From Gammaproteobacteria bacterium (GTDB lineage: Bacteria; Pseudomonadota; Gammaproteobacteria; S012-40), in contig WFPC01000050.1 in the NCBI GenBank assembly GCA_015487785.1, positions 8,400-72,399 on the forward strand: a stretch of DNA of 64,000 bases. Reading direction: 5' to 3'. The notes under the pieces are model-generated. The model worked only from the letters and a program-made list of their open reading frames with translations, did not search any database and had not been told where the DNA came from. The stretch's first letter is position 1; each line of letters starts with the position of its first letter. The position numbers and the translations under genes are program-made. Shown here in pieces: positions 47,740 to 57,987 of the stretch.

Positions 47740-49323
47740 ATGAAAATAAATCTTCCGGTAACAGATCGGGAACACGTTATACCCGATGATGCCAATATTC
47801 TTTCAACCACCAATGTCAAGGGAGCAATAACCTACGTCAATGATGAGTTTGTCGAGATCAGCGGCTTTGAGCGCGAGGAACTCATCGGCAAGAATCACAA
47901 TATCGTGCGCCATCCGGACATGCCGCCGGAGGCCTTTGCCGATCTGTGGCAAACCATCAAGTCGGGCCGCTCCTGGATGGGCATCGTCAAGAACCGCTGC
48001 AAGAACGGTGACTATTACTGGGTCAAGGCCTATGTGACTCCGATCTACAAGGACGGGAAAATCTGCGAATACCAGTCGGTGCGCACCAAGCCCGGCGCGG
48101 ACGAGGTGCGCCGGGCGGAGAAGCTCTATGCCCGGCTGCGCGCCGGCAAGACGCCACGCTGGCTCAAGCGTCCGACCATGGCCTTCAGGCACAAGTTGAT
48201 CATTACTTTTCTGCTGCTGCAGGCCAGCGTGCTGGCTTTGCCACTGGCCAGTGGGAGCATCTCGCCCCTGCAGGCCCTGCTCAGCCTGCTGCCGGGGTTG
48301 TTTATCGCGGCGGCTTTTCTCTACCGGGAGATGCGCCCTCTGTGCCAGAGTTTCGCACGTGCACGGGAGATTTTTTACAACCCGTTGGCAGCCCATGTAT
48401 TCGCCGGCCGGGTGGACGAGCCGGGTCAACTGGCCATGGCCATGAAATATCTGGAGACGGAATCTGTGGGTATCGTCGGCCGGGTGAGTGATTTCTCGCA
48501 CCAAGTTGCCCGTGAGGCAGGCAGCTTGCAGGAAATCATCGAGATGAACAAGCTCAGTATCGATACACAATATGTGGAAACCGGGCATGCGGTGGGTGCC
48601 ATGGATCAATTGGTGCACAACATCCAGCAGGTGGCCGACAACACCCAGGTGGCGGCGGAGAACACCTTGCGGGCCAAGGGGGAGACCGCGCACAGCAGGC
48701 AGGTGGTGGAGGAAACCCTGGAAGCCATTCATCGCCTGGCTGACGACGTGAAACAGGCCGGCGAGGTGGTGCAGGAACTGGGGCAGGACAGCGAACAGAT
48801 CAGCACCGTGGTGGATGTGATCGGCGAGATTGCCGAAAAGACCAATCTGCTGGCGCTCAACGCGGCCATCGAGGCGGCCCGCGCCGGTGAGCAGGGGCGG
48901 GGATTCGCGGTGGTGGCCGACGAGGTACGCAGCCTGGCCATGCGCACCCAGGAGTCCACCCAGCAGATCCAGCAGATGATCGAGCGCTTGCAGTCCACCA
49001 CCGGCCGGGTGGTGGAGGTCATGGACAGGAGTCTGGAAAAGACCGATCACAGCGTGGCGCTGGCTGAGGCGGCGGTGGCATCCCTGGAGGTGATAGGCCA
49101 GTCGGTGGCCACCATCAACGAGATGACGGCACAGATCTCGGCCGCCGTGGGTGAACAGAATACGGCCACCCAGGAGAGCAGGCAGAGCCTGACCAATATC
49201 CAGCAGTCTTCAGAGGTGAGCCTGTATGGTATTCAGCAGAGTCAGAAGACCAGTGAAGCCATGACACTCCAGGCCAGGAGTATGGGTGAGTTGACCCGCC
49301 AATTCTGGTTGAAACGGCGCTGA
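47740..49323 (+). CDS. PAS-domain (Aer-like) methyl-accepting chemotaxis protein
   Basis: N-terminal PAS ([35 protein letters not shown]), TM hairpin, MCP signalling domain. Confidence 0.9.
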   Translation: MKINLPVTDREHVIPDDANILSTTNVKGAITYVNDEFVEISGFEREELIGKNHNIVRHPDMPPEAFADLWQTIKSGRSWMGIVKNRCKNGDYYWVKAYVTPIYKDGKICEYQSVRTKPGADEVRRAEKLYARLRAGKTPRWLKRPTMAFRHKLIITFLLLQASVLALPLASGSISPLQALLSLLPGLFIAAAFLYREMRPLCQSFARAREIFYNPLAAHVFAGRVDEPGQLAMAMKYLETESVGIVGRVSDFSHQVAREAGSLQEIIEMNKLSIDTQYVETGHAVGAMDQLVHNIQQVADNTQVAAENTLRAKGETAHSRQVVEETLEAIHRLADDVKQAGEVVQELGQDSEQISTVVDVIGEIAEKTNLLALNAAIEAARAGEQGRGFAVVADEVRSLAMRTQESTQQIQQMIERLQSTTGRVVEVMDRSLEKTDHSVALAEAAVASLEVIGQSVATINEMTAQISAAVGEQNTATQESRQSLTNIQQSSEVSLYGIQQSQKTSEAMTLQARSMGELTRQFWLKRR

Positions 49324-49332
49324 GTTCACACA

Positions 49333-49370
49333 ACGAAAAACCCCGCTCGGTCGAGCGGGGTTTCTGTTTC
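49333..49370. terminator. intrinsic terminator between MCP and tRNA-Glu, possibly bidirectional
   Basis: AAAAACCCCGCTC-ggtc-GAGCGGGGTTTCTGTTTC. Confidence 0.7.
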
Positions 49371-49378
49371 TAGAAGAG

Positions 49379-49454
49379 TGGCGTCCCCAAGGGGATTCGA
49401 ACCCCTGTTACCGCCGTGAAAGGGCGGTGTCCTAGGCCTCTAGACGATGGGGAC
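49379..49454 (-). tRNA. tRNA-Glu (anticodon TTC)
   Basis: The reverse complement gives GTCCCCATCGTCTAGAGGCCTAGGACACCGCCCTTTCACGGCGG...TGGGGACGCCA, nearly identical to the canonical tRNA-Glu. Confidence 0.85.
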
Positions 49455-49477
49455 GCAAAACCTGCGAACCTGTGTTC

Positions 49478-49553
49478 TGGTGGAGCTAGGCGGGATCGAA
49501 CCGCCGACCTCTACACTGCCAGTGTAGCGCTCTCCCAGCTGAGCTATAGCCCC
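49478..49553 (-). tRNA. tRNA-Ala (anticodon GGC)
   Basis: The reverse complement gives GGGGCTATAGCTCAGCTGGGAGAGCGCTACACTGGCAGTGTAG...GGAGCTCCACCA, with anticodon loop CTGGCAG. Confidence 0.85.
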
Positions 49554-49676
49554 TGAATGAGCCGCGTATTCTACGGAGCCGGTCCGGGAGCGTCAAGCGG
49601 AAATTCAAAAAAACCGGTCTTTTTCGCGAATTGGCTCCCCCCCCGCCCAGGGTATTGGTTTTGTTGCACATTTCAT

Positions 49677-51083
49677 TCATTGTGGCAAGCCTTCGATATG
49701 CTCTATGGCGCGCTGCAGCCGCGCCATCACCCGCGGCTTGCCGATCAACTCGGCGGTGATGTCGATGGACGGCGACACGCTCCCGCCGGTGATGGCCACT
49801 CGCAAGGGTTGGGCCAGCTTGCCCAGCTTGAGTTCGAGTTTCTCGGCGGTGCCGACAATGACCTCGTGGATGGCCTCCGCGCGCCAGTCATGCAACTGCT
49901 CCAGGGCCTGCTGCAGGGCGCGCAGACCTTGCAGGCTGGCCGGCTTGAGGTTCTTGCGCGCGGCCTTTTCCTCGTAGGCATCGAAGTCACGGTAGAAATA
50001 CAGGCTGCTGTCGGCCATTTCCTCCAGGGTCTTGCAGCGTTCGCGCAACACTTCCACAACCCGGCTCAAGGCAGGGCCGTTGGCGGGGTCGATACCGCGC
50101 TGGCCCATGTGCCAGCTCAGGTGATGAGCCACGTGGGCGGGGTCGCTGTGCATGATGTAGTGGTGATTGAGCCAGAGCAGCTTGTCGGGATTGAAAGTGG
50201 AGGCGGCCTTGTTGACCTGGCGAATGTCGAAATGCTCGATCATTTCGTCCACCGAGAAGATCTCCTGGTCACCGTGGGACCAACCCAGGCGCACCAGGTA
50301 GTTGAGCAGGGCCTCGGGCAGGTAGCCCTGGTCACGATACTGCATCACGCTGACCGCGCCATGGCGCTTGGACAAGCGCTTGCCGTCGGCGCCCAGGATC
50401 ATGGGCACATGGGCGTAATGGGGCGGTTCGGCGCCCAGGGCGCGCAGAATATTGATCTGGCGCGGGGTGTTGTTGAGGTGATCGTCGCCACGGATGACGT
50501 AGTCTATGCCCATTTCCATGTCGTCCACCACCACGGTGAGGTTGTAGGTGGGGCTGCCATCGGCACGGGCGATGATGAGATCGTCCAGCTCGCTGTTGTC
50601 GATCACCACTCGACCCTTGACCAGGTCGTCGATGATCACGTTGCCGTGCTCGGGGTTGCGAAAGCGGATCACATGGGGACGGTCCTGCGGGTAATGCGCC
50701 AGGTTGCGGCAATGCCCGTCGTAGCGGGGTTTCTGCTTGTTGGCCATCTGCTTCTCGCGCAGGGCGTCGAGACGCTCGCGGGAGCAATAGCAGCGGTAGG
50801 CATGGCCGCTGTCGAGTAGTTGCTGGATTACCTGGCGATAGCGCTGGAAGCGTTGGGTCTGGAAAAATGGGCCTTCGTCGTATTCCAGCCCCAGCCAGGT
50901 CATGCCCTCGAGAATGGCGTTGACCGACTCGGTGGTGGAACGCTCCAGGTCAGTGTCTTCGATGCGCAGCACGAAACGGCCGCCGTGCTTGCGCGCATGC
51001 AGCCAGGAAAACAGGGCGGTGCGGGCGCCACCGATGTGCAGATAGCCGGTGGGACTGGGAGCGAAGCGGGTTTTCAGCGTCAT
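49677..51083 (-). CDS. gltX: glutamyl-tRNA synthetase
   Basis: [25 protein letters not shown] (HIGH region) and a KMSKS-like motif (KLSKR). 468 aa. Confidence 0.95.
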   Translation of the reverse strand: MTLKTRFAPSPTGYLHIGGARTALFSWLHARKHGGRFVLRIEDTDLERSTTESVNAILEGMTWLGLEYDEGPFFQTQRFQRYRQVIQQLLDSGHAYRCYCSRERLDALREKQMANKQKPRYDGHCRNLAHYPQDRPHVIRFRNPEHGNVIIDDLVKGRVVIDNSELDDLIIARADGSPTYNLTVVVDDMEMGIDYVIRGDDHLNNTPRQINILRALGAEPPHYAHVPMILGADGKRLSKRHGAVSVMQYRDQGYLPEALLNYLVRLGWSHGDQEIFSVDEMIEHFDIRQVNKAASTFNPDKLLWLNHHYIMHSDPAHVAHHLSWHMGQRGIDPANGPALSRVVEVLRERCKTLEEMADSSLYFYRDFDAYEEKAARKNLKPASLQGLRALQQALEQLHDWRAEAIHEVIVGTAEKLELKLGKLAQPLRVAITGGSVSPSIDITAELIGKPRVMARLQRAIEHIEGLPQ

Positions 51084-51171
51084 GGAATGTCCTGTGGTGG
51101 AATTGTCGCGCGCCTATTCTATAGGGCGGGGTTTAAATGTACAGTAGGCAAAACAAATCAAAGGAATCGAC

Positions 51172-52131
51172 ATGCAGCGCTCACTGTACCCCGAGATCGA
51201 ACCCTATGTGAATCACAGTATCGCGGTGGACCCGCCCCATGTATTGCACGTGGAGGAATGTGGTAATCCCAAGGGTTTGCCAGTGGTGTTTCTGCATGGC
51301 GGTCCTGGTGCTGGCTGTGAGCCCTATCACCGGCGTTTTTTCGATCCGGATATCTATCGCATCATTCTGTTCGACCAGCGTGGCTGTGGCCGTTCCACGC
51401 CCCATGCCGAGCTGGACGGCAACACCACCCAGGCCCTGGTGGCGGATATGGAGCGCATTCGCCAGTATCTGGGCATCAAGCGCTGGCTGGTTTTTGGGGG
51501 ATCTTGGGGTTCTACCCTGGCCCTGGTGTATGCCGAGACCCACCCCGAGCGCGTGGCCGGGTTGGTGCTGCGCGGGATCTTTCTATGCCGACCGCGGGAG
51601 ATCGCCTGGTTCTACCAGGAAGGGGCCAGTAGGGTGTTTCCGGATTACTGGCGGGATTTCGAACGCGTGATTCCCGCAGGTGAACGTGGCGACATGCTGG
51701 CTGCCTATCATGCCCGGCTCACCGGTGACAATGAAATCGCCCGCATGGCGGCGGCCAAGGCCTGGTCCCTGTGGGAGGGGCGTACCGCCAGCCTGCTGCC
51801 CAGTCCGGCGGTGATCGATCATTTCGCCAATCCCTTTACCGCCCTGGCGTTGGCGCGCATCGAATGCCATTACTTCGTCAATGATGCCTTTCTGGAACCC
51901 GACCAGATCCTTGCCCGGGCCCATCGGTTGCGAGAACTCCCCGGCGTCATCGTGCAGGGGCGTTACGACATGGTCTGCCCCATGGAAAGTGCCTGGGCCT
52001 TGCATCAGGCCTGGCCCGAGGCCTGCTTCGAGCTGATTGCCGATGCCGGTCATGCGGCATCGGAACCGGGTATCATCGACGCGTTGGTGCGGGCCACCGA
52101 TAGAATGGCGGAATACGGACTGTTTCTCTAG
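51172..52131 (+). CDS. pip: proline iminopeptidase
   Basis: S33 alpha/beta hydrolase (HGGPGAG, GGSWGSTLAL), collinear with Pip. Confidence 0.9.
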   Translation: MQRSLYPEIEPYVNHSIAVDPPHVLHVEECGNPKGLPVVFLHGGPGAGCEPYHRRFFDPDIYRIILFDQRGCGRSTPHAELDGNTTQALVADMERIRQYLGIKRWLVFGGSWGSTLALVYAETHPERVAGLVLRGIFLCRPREIAWFYQEGASRVFPDYWRDFERVIPAGERGDMLAAYHARLTGDNEIARMAAAKAWSLWEGRTASLLPSPAVIDHFANPFTALALARIECHYFVNDAFLEPDQILARAHRLRELPGVIVQGRYDMVCPMESAWALHQAWPEACFELIADAGHAASEPGIIDALVRATDRMAEYGLFL

Positions 52132-52179
52132 ATATTATGTTTTTCTGCCGGCATCGGGAGGCGGTGAAACCCGGAGCCG

Positions 52180-53505
52180 TCAGCCCAGGCGGCGGGCGTA
52201 GAGATCGTGCGGGTCGCTGTTGACGATCTCCACCTGGATGAAATCGCCGGGTTGGGGTGGGGTTTGTCCATCGGGTTCGATCACCACCACGCCGTCGACC
52301 TCTGGTGCCTCGGCGGCGCTGCGGGCGATGATGGCCTCGGGTGATACCGCGTCCACCAGCACGGTCATGCTCCGGCCAATCTTTTCCTTCAGCCTGTCGG
52401 CGCTGATCTCGGCCTGCAGTTCCATGAGCCTGGCCTGGCGTTCGGCCTTGAGTTCTTCGTCGATCTGCCCGGGCAGATCGTTGGCTTCGGCTCCCGCCAC
52501 GTTGGAATAGGTGAAGCAGCCGACCCGGTCCAACCTGGCCTGGCGCAGGAAATCCAGCAGCAGTTCGAAATCTTCCTCGGTCTCGCCCGGATAGCCCACG
52601 ATGAAGGTACTGCGCAGGGTGATCTCGGGGCAGATTTCCCGCCAGCGCTGAATGCGCGCCAGGGTGTTCTCGGTATGAGCCGGTCGGCGCATGGATTTGA
52701 GAATTTTGGGACTGGCATGTTGGAAGGGAATGTCCAGATAGGGCAGGATCCGACCCTCGGCCATCAGCGGCAGTACCTCGTCCACATGGGGATAGGGATA
52801 GACATAGTGCAGCCGTATCCAGACACCCAGTGATCCCAGGGCTGCGACGAGCTCGCGAAAGCGGGTCTTGATCGGACGCCCGCCCCAGAAGCCGGTGCGA
52901 TAGCCCAGGTCCACCCCGTAAGCGCTGGTGTCCTGGGAGATAACCAGCAATTCCCTGACGCCTGCCTGCACCAGATTTTCTGCCTCCTGCATCACCTCGC
53001 CCAGTGGCCGGCTGGCCAGTTTGCCCCGCAGTGCGGGGATAATGCAAAAGCGGCAGCGATGGTTACAGCCCTCGGAAATCTTCAGATAGGCATAATGGCG
53101 CGGGGTGAGCTTGATACCCTGGGGGGGGATCAGCTCGGCGAAGGGCTGTGCAGGCAGGGGCAGGTGATGGTGTACCGCTTCCATCACTTCCTGGGTTGCG
53201 TGGGGTCCGGTCACGGCCAGCACCTGGGGATAGTTGTCCAGCACCACGTTGTCCTTGGCGCCCAGGCAACCGGTGACGATGACCTTGCCGTTTTCCGCCA
53301 GGGCCTCGCCTATGGCCTCCAGGGATTCCGCCACCGCTGCATCGATGAAGCCGCAGGTATTGACCACGACCAGGTCGGCATCTTGGTAGCTGTTGCCAAT
53401 GTGGTAACCCTCGGCGCGTAGGCGGGTGATGATGTGCTCGGCGTCCACCAGCGCCTTGGGGCAGCCCAGGCTGACGAAACCGATGCGGGGAATACGGGGT
53501 GTCAT
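52180..53505 (-). CDS. rimO: ribosomal protein S12 methylthiotransferase
   Basis: MTTase N-domain, radical-SAM CxxxCxxC (CNHRCRFC), C-terminal TRAM domain. Confidence 0.93.
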   Translation of the reverse strand: MTPRIPRIGFVSLGCPKALVDAEHIITRLRAEGYHIGNSYQDADLVVVNTCGFIDAAVAESLEAIGEALAENGKVIVTGCLGAKDNVVLDNYPQVLAVTGPHATQEVMEAVHHHLPLPAQPFAELIPPQGIKLTPRHYAYLKISEGCNHRCRFCIIPALRGKLASRPLGEVMQEAENLVQAGVRELLVISQDTSAYGVDLGYRTGFWGGRPIKTRFRELVAALGSLGVWIRLHYVYPYPHVDEVLPLMAEGRILPYLDIPFQHASPKILKSMRRPAHTENTLARIQRWREICPEITLRSTFIVGYPGETEEDFELLLDFLRQARLDRVGCFTYSNVAGAEANDLPGQIDEELKAERQARLMELQAEISADRLKEKIGRSMTVLVDAVSPEAIIARSAAEAPEVDGVVVIEPDGQTPPQPGDFIQVEIVNSDPHDLYARRLG

Positions 53506-53547
53506 GGGGAAAGCGCCTGGCCCGCATGACGCGGGCCAGGCTGAGGA

Positions 53548-53922
53548 TCAATTGCTGGCGGCGGTTTGTGAGTCGCCAGCGGTCTCTTCCGGCAGGCCCT
53601 TGATGGAACGGGCGATCTTTTCCAGCGCCATGTGCTGGTCACGGGCCAGGTTGTAGAGTTTGAAGCCAGTTTCGACCACCGCATTGTAGAAGCCGGGGAT
53701 GCGGTACCCCAGATAGAACACGTAGATGACCGCCGGCACGGCAACGATGAAGGCGAAAATGCCGTTGAAACCAATGCCATGGTCCAGAAAACCGATGAAA
53801 TGGTAGAGCAGCGCCAACGGTAACAGCAGCAGGGTGCCGAAGAAAGCGGACAGAATCAGCGCGAAAAAAACCAGAATGCTGAATTGAATAATGCGAACGA
53901 GTGCAAGGTTTACTTTATCCAT
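53548..53922 (-). CDS. small integral membrane protein, unknown function
   Basis: Three or four predicted TM helices. Start assumed at MDKVNLALV. Confidence 0.5.
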   Translation of the reverse strand: MDKVNLALVRIIQFSILVFFALILSAFFGTLLLLPLALLYHFIGFLDHGIGFNGIFAFIVAVPAVIYVFYLGYRIPGFYNAVVETGFKLYNLARDQHMALEKIARSIKGLPEETAGDSQTAASN

Positions 53923-54163
53923 GGAGTGTAATAATTCGATTGATGGTTGACCTGTCGGGCCTGGGCCCAACCCCAAGAGTACCAATGGGTTATTCCACCG
54001 TACTCGCAGAAGGTCTATAGTTTAGCGGTTAGTCATGACAATGGCCACCCGGCGTGTGGCCGTTGCTTGTAGGGGCGTTTTCGGGAAGGGTGGAACAGGG
54101 CTTCGTTTACCGGGGTCTTACTATCGTTTAGACTTGTATTAATCGATCAAAAGGAAGGCCGTC

Positions 54164-54580
54164 ATGAAAATATCATCGAAGGGACGTTATGCCGTGGCCG
54201 CCATGATGGACCTGGCTTTACATGAAGGCTCGCGCTCGCTCACCATCGCCGATATTGCTGAAAAACAGAAAATTTCGCTTTCCTACCTGGAACAGATCTT
54301 CGCCGATCTGCGTCGCGCCGGGCTGGTCAAGGGAACCCGTGGCCCGGGTGGTGGGTATCGTCTGGCCAAGCCGGCCTCGGAAATCAGCATTGCCCAGATC
54401 ATCCAGGCCCTGGATGAAAAATACCCCAACAAGGGTAGCGACGACTACCTGCCCTATGAGCTGTGGACCGGTCTCAGCAAGCGGCTCTACCAGTTTCTCG
54501 ACACCATCAGCCTCAGCGAGTGCGTGGACGAAAAAAGCCTGGAATCGCTGGGCCTGAGCGTGCGCCAGCGCCAGGGTTGA
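54164..54580 (+). CDS. Rrf2-family transcriptional regulator lacking an Fe-S Cys triad
   Basis: Rrf2 wHTH (MKISSKGRYAVAAMMDLALH...GPGGGYRLA). Only one Cys is present, so this is not an IscR/NsrR-type cluster ligand set. Confidence 0.85.
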   Translation: MKISSKGRYAVAAMMDLALHEGSRSLTIADIAEKQKISLSYLEQIFADLRRAGLVKGTRGPGGGYRLAKPASEISIAQIIQALDEKYPNKGSDDYLPYELWTGLSKRLYQFLDTISLSECVDEKSLESLGLSVRQRQG

Positions 54581-54721
54581 TCGCTTTCTTCATTCACCGC
54601 CGCATTTTTCCTGCCATCTCCCTTGTCGTCGGCTTCGCTTAGTGAAGCCACTGCCGGCGCAAGTCTGCCCTGGATGGAAGCGGGCGAGGGAGACATTTAC
54701 GCCGTGACCGGTCGGTCGTGC

Positions 54722-55315
54722 TCAATGCCCTATGGCACGGTTCAACTGGGCGAAGGTATTGGCCCGGGGTGCCAGGGTCAGGGGAGTGCCCAGTTGCCGG
54801 CTGATCTGGGTGGAGGAGAAGATGCCGCGCAAGATGTAATCGCTGTTGCTCCGGGTCTGGTAGACGATGAGGTGCTGCCTGCCGCATTGCTCCAGGGTTT
54901 TGACGATGTCGCCCACGCTGGCGCGTTCCACCTCGTGGAAGTCCAGAGCTTCCAGTTCATTGGCGGGCGTCATGATATCCTGCACCTGGATGGTTTCCCG
55001 GCTGCCTCCGTGTTCATGCAGATAGAGCACGGGTTTTTCACCCAGCAGGTCGGTAGCAGTGATCAGTCCCAGGATGACACCGTTGTTGCCGGTCACGAAC
55101 AGCAAGCGCACGCCGGCGATGATCATCTTATTGTTGGCATCCTCCAGGCTCGAGAAAGGTGAGATGCTAAAGGGTGTGACCTGCTTCAGATCGGTCATGA
55201 CCCGCAAGGCAGGGTCATCGTAGCCGAGTGGGCCGGCCAGGTGAGTGTAGGGTTGATGAAGGCGTGTCTCAGTGGGCAGGGTGTGATGAACGAGAGCGTG
55301 ATAGGTGTCTTGCAT
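54722..55315 (-). CDS. CBS-domain pair protein
   Basis: Two CBS-like motifs (VRLLFVTGNNGVILGLITATDLL and HLIVYQTRSNSDYILRGIFSSTQI). Confidence 0.75.
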   Translation of the reverse strand: MQDTYHALVHHTLPTETRLHQPYTHLAGPLGYDDPALRVMTDLKQVTPFSISPFSSLEDANNKMIIAGVRLLFVTGNNGVILGLITATDLLGEKPVLYLHEHGGSRETIQVQDIMTPANELEALDFHEVERASVGDIVKTLEQCGRQHLIVYQTRSNSDYILRGIFSSTQISRQLGTPLTLAPRANTFAQLNRAIGH

Positions 55316-55436
55316 GATGCGGCCTCCTGCAATGCTCGGGGAGTATGGGATGAAGTTTAGTTCATTTCTCAGGATTTTGAAGGAGCAAATAAAATATCTT
55401 TCAAATCATCCGTGTAAGGGATGATTTTCATGTTGT

Positions 55437-56372
55437 TTGTTGGTTGTCGCGATGTTTGATGTGCTGTTACAAATGGCCGGCCTGATTCTGTGTGGCACCT
55501 TGTGGCGTTTTTTCCGCCCGGGCGATATCGAGCCGGATTTGCTGCGCCGTGGCTTGAGCAGCCTGGTCTATCACCTGTTGTTACCCGCCCTGGTTTTGGG
55601 CGTGTTGTGGCAAGCTCCTCTCGGTAGTCAGTCGTTGTGGATCGTGTTTTTGGCTTTCAGCGGGGTCTTGTTCGGACTGGGGCTGGGCTGGTTGAGTTGC
55701 CGTATATGGCATTTGCGACCAGCGGTGACGGGCGCGGTGATTCTGGCCGCGGCTTTTCCCAATGCCACGTATCTGGGTTTGCCGGTGCTGGAGGCGACCC
55801 TGGGTACATGGTCGCGGGCGGTGGCCATTCAGTACGACCTGTTTGCCTGTACGCCGCTTTTGCTCAGCGCGGGCGTCTTGATCGCCCGCCATTACGGGCA
55901 CAAGGCCCAGCACGAACGGTTTTTGCGAGGGCTGTTCAAAGTGCCGCCGTTGTGGGCCGCCCTGTTGGCGCTGGGGCTCAATCTTGCCGGTGTGGAGCAA
56001 CCAGAGCTGCTGGAAGAGTGGCTGCTCCGGCTGGGGCAGGGCGTGAGCCTGTTGATGTTGTTGGCTCTGGGTATGAGCCTGCAATGGGACAACAGCCGTT
56101 GGAAGACCCTGCCAACCCTGCTTCCGGTGTTACTGATACAGTTGTTGTTGACCCCGGCCTTGGTCTGGCTGCTGGGTTCTGGCAGTGACCTGGAGCCCCG
56201 GGTCTTGCAGGCGGTGGTGTTGGAAGCGGCCATGCCCAGCATGGTGATCGGTATCGTATTGTGTGATCGCTTTGGCTTGGACACCACGCTTTACGCCACC
56301 ACTGTGACGGTGACCACGGCGGCTTCCCTGTTGAGCCTGCCCTTGTGGTTCGGCTGGTTGGGGATCGCCTGA
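55437..56372 (+). CDS. AEC-family (auxin efflux carrier-like) transporter
   Basis: About ten TM helices with an internally duplicated topology. Confidence 0.75.
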   Translation: MLVVAMFDVLLQMAGLILCGTLWRFFRPGDIEPDLLRRGLSSLVYHLLLPALVLGVLWQAPLGSQSLWIVFLAFSGVLFGLGLGWLSCRIWHLRPAVTGAVILAAAFPNATYLGLPVLEATLGTWSRAVAIQYDLFACTPLLLSAGVLIARHYGHKAQHERFLRGLFKVPPLWAALLALGLNLAGVEQPELLEEWLLRLGQGVSLLMLLALGMSLQWDNSRWKTLPTLLPVLLIQLLLTPALVWLLGSGSDLEPRVLQAVVLEAAMPSMVIGIVLCDRFGLDTTLYATTVTVTTAASLLSLPLWFGWLGIA

Positions 56373-56417
56373 GGGGACCCCATATCTGGAGTAAGACAAA
56401 AACGAAAGGAGCACGCC

Positions 56418-56798
56418 ATGCAGATCGAAACCGAACAATTGTCCCAACTGAAACAGCGCCTGCTCGAGCGTTACAATCACCTGCGCCGTGATCTCTACCA
56501 CGAGTTGCGGAAAATCGGCCGCGAGGAAGATTTCAAAGACTTGGCCGGCGAGGTGCACGATATCGGCGAGGTATCGGTGGCCGACGGGATCTTCGAGACC
56601 GACATCGAACTCATCGACGTACAGGCGCGTGAGCTGCGCCGGGTGGAAGAAGCGCTGGTGCGCATGGCCCAGGGCCATTATGGTGAGTGCATCGACTGTG
56701 GCCAGGCCATTCCCGCCGAGCGCCTGCTGGCCGAGCCCGAGGCCGCCCGCTGCCTGGCCTGCCAGCAACGCTTCGAGCGGGAGCATCCGGCTCACTGA
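56418..56798 (+). CDS. DksA/TraR-family C4 zinc-finger protein
   Basis: Coiled-coil N-region plus CxxC-N17-CxxC (CIDCGQAIPAERLLAEPEAARCLAC). Confidence 0.85.
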   Translation: MQIETEQLSQLKQRLLERYNHLRRDLYHELRKIGREEDFKDLAGEVHDIGEVSVADGIFETDIELIDVQARELRRVEEALVRMAQGHYGECIDCGQAIPAERLLAEPEAARCLACQQRFEREHPAH

Positions 56799-56806
56799 AG
56801 GCTTGC

Positions 56807-57597
56807 TCAGCAGATACGGGGCAACTGCTCTCCGGGCAAGGGATCGATGACGCGTTCGCCGCCGAAGGCCGTGCCGAGGATCACGCTGGCGACGGGTTGG
56901 TCGCGAACTTCGCCGATACAGGTAGCCTGGCGTCCGGCGGGGTGGGCGCGCATGACGGCCAGCAAGCTATCGGTTTGGCTGGCCGGCACGATGGCCACCA
57001 ATCGACCCTCGTTGGCCAGGTAGAGTGGATCGAACCCGAGAATCTCGCACAGGCCCCGTACCGCCTCCCGAACCGGCAGGGCGGTTTCCTCTATGCGCAT
57101 GGCACGGGCGCTGGCCTGGGCAAATTCGTTGAGCAGGCTGGCAATGCCTCCGCGGGTGGCGTCACGCAGACAATGGATCTCGGGACATTGCCTCAGCATG
57201 GTTTGCACCAGCCCGTTGAGTGGCTGACAATCACTCTAGATGGTGCTGTCCAGTGCCAGTTCGCCGCGGGCGGAGACAATGGCGGCGCCATGATCGCCGA
57301 CAGGACCGTTGACCAGGATGGCATCGCCGGGACGGGCGCGATGAGCACCGAGGCTGATACCGGCGGGAATGACACCAATACCGGTGGTGTTGATGAACAG
57401 CTTGTCGGCACTGCCGCGAGGAACCACCTTGGTGTCGCCGGTGACGATTTGTACGCCGGCGGCGACGGCCGTCTCGGCCATGGAGGCCACCACACGGCGC
57501 AACTGGGACAGCCTCAAGCCTTCCTCGATGATCATACTGCAAGTGAGATAACGGGGCGTGGCACCGCCCACGGCCAAGTCGTTGCCATGCCGGTTGT
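56807..57597 (-). pseudogene. hypE: hypE remnant: lacks about the first 80 codons, is fused to hypA, and carries an in-frame TAG at 57236..57238
   Basis: HypE-collinear sequence from NDLAVGGATPRYLTCSMIIEEG through ...GELALDSTI, then a stop, then SDCQPLNG...LRDATRGG...GEQLPRIC (the conserved HypE C-terminal Cys motif). Confidence 0.75.
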
Positions 57598-57910
57598 CGT
57601 CAGCTTGCGGGGTGATCTGGAGGCCGTAACTGGCACAGCCGGGGCAGGGGTCGAGCAGGGAGTTCAAAGGTATCTCGGCTTGGCAGAGTGAACACCAGCC
57701 CCGCCCGGGCGTCTGCTCGATATGTACGATGGCCCCCTCGGCCAGGGTGCCACGACAAGCCAGACCGAAGCCAAAGCGCAGTGCTTCGGCATCCACGCAG
57801 GCTAGTGCACCGATTTCCAGCCAGAGTTGCTTCACATGCTGGAAATTCTGCGCCCGTGCCTGTTCCTCGAGTTGGTCGAGAATGGCGGCGCAAAGCGTCA
57901 TTTCATGCAT
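57598..57910 (-). pseudogene. hypA: hypA remnant, about 104 codons, fused in-frame to the truncated hypE
   Basis: MHEMTLC...CPGCASYGLQITPQADD matches the HypA Zn/Ni metallochaperone but lacks the C-terminal approximately 13 aa and runs directly into the hypE sequence. hypB, hypC and hypD are absent. Confidence 0.7.
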
Positions 57911-57987
57911 TGCCTGCCTCCCGAGCCTGGCAGCAACTACCCTCCGCGCCGACACCATGGGAGCGGAGCCATCGAGGTACGATTGTC

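Noticed and set aside
49557-50819. 420-aa plus-strand ORF opposite gltX
   Set aside because: Completely antisense to glutamyl-tRNA synthetase. It has low-complexity Gly/Ala/Val/His content and no start context.
57236-57238. In-frame TAG in hypE read as pyrrolysine or programmed readthrough
   Set aside because: No pyl machinery is expected in a gammaproteobacterium. The same gene also has a deletion fusion, so a pseudogene is the parsimonious reading.
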